Below are positions 12,812 through 24,510 of a stretch of 64,000 nucleotides of DNA, in pieces. The DNA is from Felis catus. Its lineage: Eukaryota. Position numbers and translations under genes: made by a program. The notes under the pieces were generated by a model, which searched no databases, was not told the DNA's origin, and worked only from the letters and a program-made list of their open reading frames with translations. Where the stretch lies: the NCBI RefSeq assembly GCF_018350175.1, contig NC_058368.1, positions 231,076,001-231,140,000 on the forward strand, given 5' to 3'. Numbering within the stretch: position 1 is the stretch's first letter; the number at the start of each line of letters is the position of its first letter.

Positions 12812-13030
12812 GGCACAGACTCTGGAGCCAGATTGTCTAACTTCAAATCCTAGATCCACTGCTTACTGGCTGTGTGACGGGGGGCAAGTTCCGTCTCCCT
12901 CTCTGCCTCCGTGTCCACATCCCTCAAATGGGTACAACAGTCCTTATTTCAAAATATCATTGTAAGGATTAGAGGAACCATCATTTCTCAGGTCTTAGAA
13001 CCGTGCCTGGCACTTAGGAGTACTGTGGAT
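12812..13030 (+). mobile_element. MIR
   Basis: agactctggagccaga...ttcaaatcc...cacttactggctgtgtgac-like core...ttagaaccgtgcctggcac. Confidence 0.8.
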
Positions 13031-13031
13031 A

Positions 13032-13161
13032 GGGGCCTGGGTGGCTCAGTCGGTTGAGTGTCTGACTTCGGCTCAGGTCCTGATCTCATGGTTTGTGGGT
13101 TCGAGCCCTGCATCGGGCTCTGTGCTAACAGCACAGATTTTAAAAAAATTAAAAAAAAAAA
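13032..13161 (+). mobile_element. Internally deleted Can-SINE (head + A tail only)
   Basis: tRNA-like head runs directly into the A tail; degenerate TSD tag(g/a)agtactgtg(g/a)at. Confidence 0.8.
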
Positions 13162-16082
13162 TAGAAGTACTGTGAATGGGTTAAATTAGTTTCAGATCCT
13201 TACACATCACCATCCTACACCAGAGTGAAATGTGTAAGAATTCTTAAGCTTTCCTTCTACTCGACACAGAAGGGTTCTTTAACCATATCGTTTTCTTTGC
13301 TTGTCATCATTGCCCCGTGTGCAAACAGATCCAGGAAACCTTAGCCCGGGCTTCTCAACTCCCAGATGGGTTCTAATTTGTTATGTCGGAGGAAAAAAGT
13401 CTGTCTTCCCCAGCAGGTGCACGGGGCTGTTTTGTGAGTCACAGACGTCACCTCCTTACTCTTCAGCGTTAGAGGACGTTCTGGGCCAGCCCGACAAATC
13501 CTGCCTGCAAAGCGAAAGCAGCATGAGGAAGCGTGGACTTCCCACAAGGACAGGGATGTTCTCATTCCTGAACCGTGGTGGCTGGGGTGACGCGTGGAGG
13601 AGTCTGGGAGAGCTGGCACGGGACGGGGGACATCCGCGGTATCCCCACCCCCCCACCTCCCACTTCTTCCACGGGACCGAGGGCTGGTCGAGCTCCTGGC
13701 TGCTCCGCGGGAGATTCCTCCCCTGCCCGACCTCCTGTGCAGTTTGTCGTGGTCGTGTGACCAGACGCATCAGCGCTGGAATGTGGGTGGGGGCCTCTGG
13801 GCCTTAAGTCATCGAGCCCGTGTCCCGCCCTGCCCTCCACCTGCCTGTGAACTGCAACCACACAGACGACAGCGATACCCTAAGTGACGGCAAAACAGCA
13901 AGGTGACAGAACCTGGGTCCCTGAGTGACCACGTGCAGCAGAGAAACCTGTCCCCTTGGACCCATCGTGGAAGGACTCTCAGAGAGAGTACATGTTTGTT
14001 AAGTCACCATTCCGGGAGCTAGAACCTAGAACCTAGAACCTAGAAAAGGGGGTTAATTACACTTCTGCACCCACCTCGGGACGTTCCAGTGGGAATGTAC
14101 TTTGACCATCAAGGAGAACTAACTCTGCATGAGACTCAGAATTTTCCCGAGAGTCTGACCCCTTGTATTCTTTAGCCGCCAAGAAAAAGAGCCTCAGGCT
14201 TACGTGTGTTTTCAAGGAGCTTTGGAAATGTTTAAGACTTGAAAAAAATTAGAGGCCTCAAAGTATGGAAACAGCAATAGGAAACTCAAATGATTACTTT
14301 GCATACTCCTCCATTAATTGTGAAATTGAGGACACAGGAAAGTCTCACGACATCTGAAAAACATTTGTAAAGCCAAGTGTTCCCATGTTACAAGAACTGG
14401 TAAGTATGCCAGTGATTGCCAGGACATAACAGCTAATCGTTAAGTTAAATGAGCAACTCGTAGCTAAAATCATTTTCGGAGCAAAATCACGGCCCCGCCC
14501 AACCGCCGCAGAGCTCATCATGCCAGGTGATTGCACACTTCCAGAGCTGTCTCTACGCCCCCTTTTCTCTTGCTTACTCGTCACAAACACCAATCAACCA
14601 AAACCTCTTTCTCTAAACATGAAAAATACGGAAGCTGACGGAGTTAGGTGGAACGCCAAATCATTCTGGTTGCACGCAGGGACCAGGGCCTTGGTTGTGC
14701 ATTTCAGCAGGACAGACGGTTCCTGAGTCATAAGGTCAAAGTCACCATCAGCTGATGTGCATCTGATTGGGCTTTTCCAATCGGACCTTCCCCAAACCCA
14801 CTCCCCTGCAAGGAAGGGAAAGCAGGTATTTTCCAAACCCACACCTTACAAATGTCAGGGATTTTTTTTTTAAATGCTTGGTCTCTCTCATTGTGAAGTC
14901 TGTTTTTTAAGTGACTTTAATTGGAAAAATCTTCTTTGTCTCCCAAAACTGAATCCAGATGAGGCCATCTGCCTCCTCTCCACGGGTGTGCAGAGCGCGG
15001 TTCCGAACCCCTCGTGAGGCGTGTTTTTGCTGGTCTCCGCCCAGAGCAACTTTGTTCAAACATTCCTGTCACTTGCATGGTTTATTTTATCCAACGCATT
15101 AATCAATGATACTTGCAACAAGCTTGTAGTTATTAATTAAACCATTTGGGTGGGCCCCCCGAAGACAGTTAACAATCTGATTGAAAGCCAAGCTTCCCAT
15201 GGCTATTTTAAAAAGACATAACCGCAGGGTATGGAGCAGGATAAAGGCAACCCAAGGAGTCCGAATCAGCATGGGAACAGGAAAAGTGTTTTCTCTAATG
15301 AGAAGAAGCCCTCTGTCTGAACATTAGGAATCTAGTTATTGAAGAGGGAATGATCCAGTTTGGGCACACGGCATGGTCTCTTGATTAGGTGCTAGAACAA
15401 GATGCTGGAGGCTCTCGGGCAAAAATGAGACAGAAAAGTACCTCCCCTTAATGCTTTGCTAATTATAGAATTAGATCATTTTTCACCTTTTCTCTGGACA
15501 CTCGGGGGCCCAGTGGTGGTAGTCAACACAGAGGGACAGCTTCTGGGGCTGAAGGCAAAGCCGAGTGTGACCCAGAGGATGACCCCCATACCGTGTTGTG
15601 GCAGGGACAGGAACAGAGCCGCAAGATCTCAGGGTGGGGTCAGATCTAACTGGCTACTTTCGTAGTCCTTGCTGGGACGGCCAGAGGGCCAGCATTGAGG
15701 GGACCAGACGGGGCCGGACAACCACGTCCAACTCTGCTGACCCTGAGTCCGCTCTAAAGAATATTCAGAAAACCCCACTTGCGTCTGGCTGTTCCAATGT
15801 GCATTTATCCCCGGAAACAGAACATGCGTTCTGGCCGTTCCCTTGAGATGAAATGTATGGTCACGTGCTATCACCTCGACAAAGGCTGAGTTCGTGTTTC
15901 TGTGCCCAGTTCTCTTTGTCGGAACTGTAGGGCCCTCGTGGGGCAGCGCGTCAGACCAAAACAATTTGAGGGGCTGCACATCTTTTGAGATGAGGGACAA
16001 ACACCAGAGCCTGTTCACCAGCGGGGGCTGGTTTACTCACACCCGCGTGGCCGGCATCATGAGGACGTGATTCCATACACGC

Positions 16083-16085
<3 letters not shown>

Positions 16086-16120
<35 letters not shown>
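16086..16120. repeat. (CA)n microsatellite
   Basis: Read directly. Confidence 0.95.
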
Positions 16121-16122
<2 letters not shown>

Positions 16123-16169
16123 CACTCTCCCCGCTGTCAGCATCCAGCCAGAGGGGGAAGGCTGAGACA

Positions 16170-16745
16170 GCTGATGAGCCCCACGACGTACCCTGGAGCT
16201 CACTCCTGGTGCTCCACGGTCTACGGGTTTGGGCAGCTGCCCAACGATAGGTCTCTATCGTTATGGTATCGTACAGAGGATTTCCACGGCCCGAAAAATC
16301 CTGTGTGCTGCACCCACTCACCCCCCTCCCTGGCAGCCGCTCATCTTGTTACCGTCTCCATAGTTTGCCTTTTCCAGAATGTCGTACAGTTGGAATCATA
16401 TAGTAAGGAGCCTTTCAGACTGGCTTCCCTCACCTAATAACATGCATTCAAACTTCCTCCAGGTCTTCTCCTGGCTTGACAGCTCATTTCTTGTGTTTGT
16501 TTGTTTGTTTGTTTGTTAAAAGTGCAAGTCGGGGAAGGGGAAGAGAGGGAGAGAGAATCTCAAGCAGGCTCCACACTGTCAGAGCAGGGCCCACCCTGCG
16601 GGCCTCGATCCCACGAACCATGAGATCGTGACCTGAGCCGAAGTCGGATGCGTAACTGAGCCACCCAGGCGCCCCTACAGCTCATTTGTCTTAGAGCTGA
16701 CACCCTGGTGTCTGGATGGACCAGAGTTTATCTACCTCTCACCTG
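16170..16745 (-). mobile_element. Old L1 (L1MC-like) 3' fragment containing a SINE (16491-16675)
   Basis: gtttgccttttccagaatgtcgtacagttggaatcata...cagactggcttc; SINE TSD acagctcattt at 16479-16489 and 16677-16687. Confidence 0.75.
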
Positions 16746-17460
16746 CTTCATTCCCTTAACACCTTATGCTTTTCTGATAGACTGAGGAAGGTTCCCACTT
16801 ACGTTTTTTAGTTCAGACGTCCACGGTAGCAAGTTTATGATAATATTCACCCATTTGCAGTCTCATAAAACTCGGTCCAAATTTACCGTCTTGACCCAAG
16901 CCAGTGTGACTGGTCAGCAACTGGATGAAGTTCTTTTGGGGAATGTCGGTGGCCTCCAGTGACGACAGGAGGCAGGGGCTGTATGTCCCTCCCCTATGAC
17001 CCCTCGATGAGACAGCTCACCACAAATTCTACCAAATGGACGGCAGGCCCCAAAGCCATCAGGCCCCCACACTGGGTCCTTGGTCCCCGGGACGGGCACC
17101 TTGCATGCTAAGCTCTGGGGCTCAGTGACATCGATGGCTCACCTTCCCGCTCGCCAGGATCCTATCTGTAGGAGGGCCAGCACCAAACAGGGTTCCTGGC
17201 TCTCTGGTAGAGATGACACAGGAGGGGCCTCTTCCCTGAAGCAAACGCTTCCTCCTAACTTTGGGTTTTCGCAAGTCTTGGAACACCGATAACTTTTATC
17301 ACTATGGTGGCCGATCTGCAGAGAGCCAACAAGCCACACTGCTTCTGAGTTATCAGAAAAATTATCTAAGGTATATTACTTGCCATCTCATTTTGAAGAC
17401 TTTATATAAAGCAAGGATAAAGGATTTGGGGTGCTTAGTTCTTTAATTAAACAAATTTTG

Positions 17461-18129
17461 GGGGCGCCTGGGTGGCTTGGTCGGTTAAGCGTCCGACTTC
17501 GGCTCAGGTCATGATCTCGCTGTCCGTGAGTTCGAGCCCCACGTCGGGCTCTGTGCTGACAGCTCAGAGCCTGGAGCCTCTTTTAGATTCTGTGTCTCCC
17601 TCTCCCTCAGACCCTCCTCTGTTCATACTCTGTCTCTCTCTGTCTCAAAAATAAATGTTAAAAAAAAAATTTTTTTTTTTTTAACATTTACTCATTTTTG
17701 AGAGACAGAGCGTGAGCAGGGGAGGGGCAGAGAGAGAGAGAGGGAGACACAGAATCCGAAGCAGGCTCCAGGCTCCGAGCTGTCAGCACAGAGCCCAACG
17801 CGGGACTTGAACTCACGAGCTGTGAGATCATGACCGGAGCCGAAGTTGGACGCTTAACTGACTGAACCACCCAGGCACCCTTCTTTTTAATTAAAAAAAA
17901 AGTTTTATTTGTTTTTGAGAGAGAGGGACACACACACACACACACACACGCACACACGCACACACGCACCACAGGGGGAGGGGCAGAGAGAGAGGGGGGC
18001 AGCGGATCTGAAGCAGGCTCCACACTGACAGCAGAGAGCCCTAGGCGGGGCTCGAACTCACCAACTTCGAGATGGCGACCGGAGCCCTGAAGCTGGAGGC
18101 TTAACCGACTGGGCCACCCAAGTGTCCCT
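17461..18129. mobile_element. Cluster of three abutting Can-SINEs (+17461-17669, -17670-17880, -17903-18129)
   Basis: Three heads and bodies visible; the first two are tail-to-tail. Confidence 0.9.
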
Positions 18130-18679
18130 GGGATGCTTATTTCTGTTCCGTGGTCTAAATGGTCCACTTTGTTTCCCCGGCGGCCGTGACCCTCTTCCAG
18201 CCAGCAGGCCTTCTCCAGGGCCACGTCTCCCGGAACACATCCCGCTTCAGCAGAGGACGCTCTTCTTGGGGCGTCTTACGCGTGCTCCCCCCGGGGAGCA
18301 AACACCTCACTGGCCGCGAGTCTCCAAGGAGGAAACAGAGTGGCCAGTTTTTACGCCGCCCCTCCCCCTCCCTATCCTGTAGCACCCACAGAGATCGGTT
18401 CACTCAGAAAGACTGTTTCCCTGCTGTGAATCCTTCACACGTAAGGTTCTTCAGGAAGCATGTGAAGAGCCATCATTTAGAAGACCCCCCCCCCCCGCCC
18501 CGCCGTGTTTCACTGACCGCACTGAACTTCCACCCGGAGAAAAATTCATGCTACACATGTATGTGGTTAATGACAAGCTGTATTTGGTGCCGACGTTTTA
18601 CAAAGGCACCACTTGACGTTAAGAAGCGTTCTCTTCTGTATTAATGGCTCTGTCTTCTGCACTTTCTCTTCGAGGTTTC

Positions 18680-18743
18680 CTAAACTTTCCTTGTCAGAAT
18701 GAAGAAATCTGGAAGTCCTATCATGCCGTTCTTTCTAGAGTCT
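18680..18743 (-). CDS. ROPN1L: ROPN1L exon 5, DSRKNGMIGLPDFFILTRKV*
   Basis: aatttAG acceptor and TAG stop at 18682-18680. Total CDS is 657 nt, i.e. 218 aa plus stop. Confidence 0.93.
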
Positions 18744-19029
18744 CTAAATTGGAAACAGATAAAGACACTTATTAGTAACTTCTCACAGCACGCAGTACGG
18801 TTTTTATGAAGCGCAAAACAATTGGAAAGTTTTACCTAGAAAAATGGATTCTTTCTGGTCTCTAATCAGTCATTCTTACCTCTGAAAAGAAAGCATTCTA
18901 TTTTCTTGTATAAAAATGGGCATTTATTTCTAGGTGAAACCATCCATACTTTATATGTTTTTCTTCACTGACCCCTCAAATTTTAGTCACTACTGAAACA
19001 AAAGTATCCTTCTATTTAAAAAGTTGGCC

Positions 19030-19222
19030 GGGGGCGTCTGGGAGGCTCAGTCGGTTCAATGTCTGACTTGGGCTCAGGTCACGACCTCAACGGTTCGTGG
19101 GTCCGAGCCCCGCACTGGGCTGTGTGCTGGCAGCTCGGAGCCTGCTTGGGACTCTCCGGCTCCCTCTCTTCTCTGCCCCCTTCAGCTTGCGCGCTCTCTC
19201 TCCCTCAAATAAACATTTATAT
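19030..19222 (+). mobile_element. Can-SINE
   Basis: SINEC structure, ROPN1L intron 4. Confidence 0.88.
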
Positions 19223-20882
19223 ATAATGTCGGTCCAGTAAAACTGAAAGGGTGTCTTGCGTCTATGAAACTTTGGCATTGACAACAGCCTGTCCCTCGAT
19301 TTTCTTTTTTTAACTAGAGATACTTTTATTTCTTAAGAGATGGTGAACATTAGCAAACTACTATTGTCAGCATCAGTGGATGTAAAAATACTGAACTTCT
19401 GCGTGGTGGGCGGGGAAGGTGAGAACGGTCTCAGAGGGCTCGTATTTTTACAGGCGAAAGGGACACCGGTTGGTGGCTCTAAACCGTATTTTACCACGAA
19501 AGGCAACCATCTCCTACGTTCCCAAGGGGATCCCGCTTGCCAAACAGTCCCCCGCCATGGCTCCTTGGAGACCAAGAGCAGAATCTTGCAGAAGGATGTG
19601 TGTCCACCTGCCCTCTTGCTATCGGGGCTGTGAGGATTTCCAGCCACGGCAGACCCGACGGTCCTCAAGCCGCCGGGCAGAGTGTGCTTGCCGTGTTAGC
19701 GGTGCGGACAGCAAGCCAAGGCCCAACCGGAGTGTATTCCCCGCGTGAATGAAGAGCCATCCACCGAGTGATGGAAGGAAAGCACGGAGTGCGATGTTAC
19801 GCGGACCTTCCCTGGGAACCAGTGATTCTTCACCTCAGGTAGTAGCTGACGGCTTCAGAACAAATCTCGCCGTGAATGCACCGCGCCAGATTCTTCTGGA
19901 CACAGGAAGGGGCCACTCCAACCTTCCAGGGGCTTCGCACACCTCCGGGGCGAGGTCCCTGCAGGGCCATCTCAGGGTCAGCCCCCGGGGCACCTCCTCA
20001 GCCGGGGGCCCCTGGTAGGCCTGTGCAGCCCAGCCCGTCTCTCCCTCGCACACCTGTGGCGCATCAGTGCAAGGTCATGTCCAGCGCCTTTGACTTCGGC
20101 AAAGTCAAAGTGTCTCAAACACTGAGGGAATCGTGGAGGGAATCAACGAATTACCGAGTAGAAAGAAATCACTCCCGCTGCAAAAAGAGGCCTACTTGGC
20201 AAGTGTGCACAGGCGGGCGGGGAGGGGGCGGGGGTCTGGTGCTCGGCCCCAGGACCACAGGCCCACAGTCCCGGAAGCCTGTCGCCGACCCCTGCCATCC
20301 AGTTAGCCTCCCCGGTCTGGGGCAGTGCTACAGCCTCGCCCTATTTGTCAGCTCTGGTCTGGACCTCTGCAGAAGTTTCCGGAGTCATCATGCCTCTCGA
20401 GGGTCTTCTGGCCAGAACCCACTCCCGGTTCCCTCGGTAGGCTCTTCACCGGACACAACCCGGACTCCCTAGAGGCTCTGAACCTCTCCTCCTCCACCAC
20501 CTGTGGGGGGCAGGCAGGCCAAGGGTCCCCTGGGCACCGCTGGGCGGGCAGACGGCACCGCATCCTGTCACCACCCTCCATGAACATCACATCAGATGAT
20601 CTCACAGAGGGACAGAGAGGGGCCTGTAGGAGAGGCCTCTCTGAGCAGGGATGCGGGGCAGCCAGGCAAAGGGGGTGGGATGTTCGGGAAGAACAAGCGT
20701 GCTTGGGGTGGGGAAGCTTGGCCTGCTTGAAACACTCGGGGACCCGTGTGGCTGAAGCACGATGAGCAGGGGTCGTCAAACGTGAACCAGAGGAGCAAGC
20801 CTGCGGGTGGGCAGCTGTCAGAGCCTGCGGGACCCGGAGGCCATGAAGGCGCAGAGGTTTTCCCTCTTAAAGGCCAGCTGAC

Positions 20883-21110
20883 GGGGCGCCTGGGGGGCTC
20901 AGTCGGTTAAGCATCGGACTTCGGCTCAGGTCATGATCTCACGGTCCGTGGATTCGAGCCCCATGTCGGGCTCTGTGCTGACGGCCCAGAACCTGGAGCC
21001 TGTTTCAGATTCTCTGTCTCCTTCTCTCTCTGCCCCTCCCGCCTCCCCCGCCCCCAAAGCACTCTGTCTCTTTCTCTCTCTCTCTCCCAAAAACAAACAT
21101 CAAAAAAAAA
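20883..21110 (+). mobile_element. Can-SINE
   Basis: SINEC structure; flanking ttaaaggc on both sides. Confidence 0.9.
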
Positions 21111-22722
21111 TTAAAGGCAGAAAGATGTGAGACGGGTCAAGGGGGGGGCAGGGGAGGACAGGGGCACCCATGTCTCTGCTCTGACCTCCATTGTGGGGAG
21201 GAGGGTGGCTCGGTTTACGGACTGAGGGAAACCAGGGGGGGAACTAATGGGAAAGAAGGTGGATTTCTGCTGGGACACGTTCGGCCTGGCTCGTGCACAG
21301 ACATCCCAGTGGGAAGGTCAAGTGGGTGGTTTGATACCTGAGTCCAGAGCTGGGAAGCAAGACTGGCTTCACAACAGGGCTGGGGTCCCTGTGGGAAGGG
21401 CTGGGGGGCTGAGATTCCCGGAGGTGGGGGGGGGGAGGGAGGGACAGCAGGAGCGAGTCTCCGAAAGCCTGGTTCAACTCTGGGATGCTGCTGTCCTTGG
21501 CAGGGCGTAAGCTGCCTCCGGGCCACGGGACAGGCTGGGTCTGGAGCTAGAGAATGGGTCTGGGGCGAGGTGACAGGACAGGGTCTATGCAGCGCCCACC
21601 GTGAGGACCTGAGATCAGGCGCGTGCTCTAAGAGTGACACAGGAAGAGCGTGACTGTGACCAGATGAGGTGGGACCAGGAGTCAAGAAGGGGACCGTCCC
21701 AGGGCGGGCAGTCCCCTCCTATCACGCGCCACCGGGAGGCAGCCAGGGGTGGTGCTGGAGGTCTCAGGAAAGAAGGGAGGCACTGGGCAGGGTACATTTT
21801 CCTCCCGGGACACAGCCCTGGAGGTGGGGAGCCAGCTGCAGGGGGAGGGGCGGTGGGGAGAGGGGAAGGTGAGAGACATCCACGTGGACATCGGAGAGGG
21901 GAGGGGCGAGTCCCCAAGAACTGTGGCGTCAGGAGTGTCGGCAGGAAGGGGGTCACCTGGCGTGCTGTCCCCCAGGAGGAGCGCGTGCCAAGTCAGCAGG
22001 CGGCACGTGGGGGAAGGGGCAGGCTGGACGGCGGAGGACATGGGTCCTGGAGGAGCGGGGACACGACACGGTGCGGGAGGCCGAGCCGAGGAGAGACGGC
22101 CACTGCGGCAGCTGGGGAGTCTGGGCACTGGCCCTGGCATCCCTGGGCAGGAGGGGACCAGAGTCTGGCGGTGGGGACAAGGCCTGGTGAGCAGCGGGTG
22201 CCCTGCCCCCGCGTGTCCGCCTCTGCTCCCTTGTTCTCAGGGCCCTCAGCCCTGCCTGCGGGCCGGCCATGTCTGTCACTCTGTCAGTCTGGTGTCCGGC
22301 CCCTCCCAGCAAAGACAGAAGGGGACACATTCAAGGAACACGGCGGGAAGTCACCCCCCCCCCCAGGGTCATTGCGGAGACACTTCCATCTTCCGCTTTG
22401 ACACGCTGTGATGTGAAACCATTTGACGCCCGACAGAATCAGGATAAATTCTGGATAAACTCGTCTCAAAGACAGGATAAACCCTCCCTCTCAAGTGTGA
22501 AGAGAACCAGCGTCCCCCCCCGGGTCACACCCGGAGAAAAGCCGCCTCCTGCCGTGTGGCTTTCTCTGGTGCGGCCGAGGGACACCTGGGAGCCGGTGTG
22601 TGTGGCCCTTCCCTCCCAGCACGGGCAGGATCCGCAGGAACCCAGTCGTCTGAGGAAAAGAGGGAGAAAGGACCCCCTCCGGGCATCAGCACACTCGAAT
22701 TCCGGGGAGCGCTTGTACTCAC

Positions 22723-22898
22723 ACAGTGTCCTTTAAAGTGGCGAGATAGGACTCTGTGTCCCCCTCGGGGACGTCCGAGTCCATCTTGGACAAGTAACGG
22801 TAGATGTAGGAGAAAGTCTCAAAAGGGATGCGCGCGGGCCCGCCCTCGGGGTCCGTGGTCAGGATCTCACACAGATGCTTCATCGAAGTGTTCAGTGA
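22723..22898 (-). CDS. ROPN1L: ROPN1L exon 4, SLNTSMKHLCEILTTDPEGGPARIPFETFSYIYRYLSKMDSDVPEGDTESYLATLKDT(V)
   Basis: Hand translation; not in the ORF track. tctctAG acceptor, GT|GTGAGT donor, 176 nt, phase 0 to 2. Confidence 0.95.
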
Positions 22899-23145
22899 CT
22901 AGAGACACGACAGACAGGGGGAAACAATTACCACTTGGCACCGCTGAAATGGAAGCCTAAGACACCCGCAGAGAAAACGCCGGAGCGTATTTGACAGGAA
23001 GTCTCCAAAGGGTACGTTCTCCTCGATCTAAATGAAGAACTGGGTAAGGTTACAATTGCCATAAACAAAGAAAAGGGCAGGTCTGATCACGATGCAATTG
23101 GCCTGAAAAAAATGTTAATCCACAGATTTTATTTTATATTAAAAT

Positions 23146-23360
23146 GGGGGGGCGCACCTGCGTGGCTCAGTCGCTTAAGCGTCTGCCTCTCGGTTTCAGC
23201 TCAGGTCATGATCTCACAGTTGGTGAGTTCGAGCCCCGTGTCAAGCTCTGGCACTGACAGTGCAGAGCCTGCTTGGGATTCTCAATCTCTCTCTCTCTCT
23301 GCCCCTCCTTGACTCACACTTTCTCTCTCTCTCAAAATAAATAAATAAACTTAAAAAAAT
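23146..23360 (+). mobile_element. Can-SINE
   Basis: SINEC structure; TSD taaaatggg. Confidence 0.9.
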
Positions 23361-24179
23361 AAAATGGGAATGACTCTCCAGGACGTGAGGAAGTATCAGC
23401 CCCCTCAAGACGGGCCCCAAGCCAGCGCAGAACTCACCGGCCCCTTCGGCGTCACCACATGCCTAGGGGACGGAGCTAATGCTCACCAAGTAGACGTGTC
23501 ACCTGCCCGTCGGGCTCCGTGCAGGCCCCAGGCAGGGCCGGCCTTGCTCTGGGCCTTGTCTCAGCTCCGGGAAGCACCAGCCCCTTCGCCCCTGTGCACC
23601 ATGCCTCCCTCTGCCTGGGTCGGTCACCCCCACCCCCTCCCCGGCTGCCAGTACTTTGGCTTTGAGCCCGAAAGCCAGGCCTAGGAGAAGCCGTGCGTCT
23701 CCCACCAAGGCACAAGCTCTGAGTGGGCTGACTCCCTCCAAACCAGGAGGGCTCAAGGAAACGCACTCACGGAGGGGGAGCCACCGCCTACGTCAAGCAC
23801 AGCGGGAAGGTCCATGCAGACAGCGCTGGTTTAGTGCTAGACTGTATCGGATCCCTGGTGACCCCACGAGAGCCTCGTGGAGACGCAGGGACCAGGCCTG
23901 TGCGCAGGGGACCAGCTCTTGCGGACTGTAAACTTTCCAGGAGTTTATTGAGAGGGTTGACCTCCCATTGGCAGCTTGAGACCAGCCATGGTGGGAGCAT
24001 TTACACCTCATGCCAGTCAGGGCCCTTCTCCCCTGCAGAGAGCAGGCTGTTTAGGGGGCTGCACTTGGGAGGAAAGAGAAAAACACAGATGGGACGGTCA
24101 CACACGGATCTGCCTGACCGGGACTGAGGCTGCGTAGGGGGACAAACCTGACACCCTGAGGGACACGCAAATGTCTGGA

Positions 24180-24510
24180 GTCACCTTTACTCTCTCTAAG
24201 TTTCTGTGGGTCAGGAGTCGGCACTGCTTGGCTGGCCCGTTCACGGCGCCAGTCAAGGTGTTGGCCAGGGTTGGGGCCTCATCTGGAGGCTCGACTGGAG
24301 ACAGACCTGCCCCCGCCCTGACCCAAGTTGCCGGCGGACTCGCTGCCTCACGGCCGGCTCTCCGCGGACCCTCACAACGAGGCAGTGCACCTCCACCAGG
24401 CTCCAGGAGCTCGACCGGCTTCTCACAGTCATGCCAGAGAAGACGCCTCACGCTTGCAGCAGGGAGAGGGGGAGAGGGCTAAAAGGGAGTCAGTGGGGCC
24501 CAGCGGCTGA
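24180..24510 (-). mobile_element. MLT1-type LTR fragment
   Basis: tttctgtgggtcaggagt...tcaaggtgttggccaggg...tcatctggaggctcgactgg. Confidence 0.65.

Noticed and set aside
17461..17545. tRNA-like A/B boxes
   Set aside because: SINE heads followed by CT-rich bodies and A tails; no bona fide tRNA gene seen.
18641..18682. Programmed stop-codon read-through of ROPN1L
   Set aside because: The context TAG GAA is not the known leaky TGA CTAG motif; better explained as an evolutionary stop shift.
21634..22411. Overlapping 255-aa and 220-aa Gly/Arg-rich ORFs
   Set aside because: GC-rich ROPN1L intron 4 is open in several frames on both strands; this is a compositional artefact.
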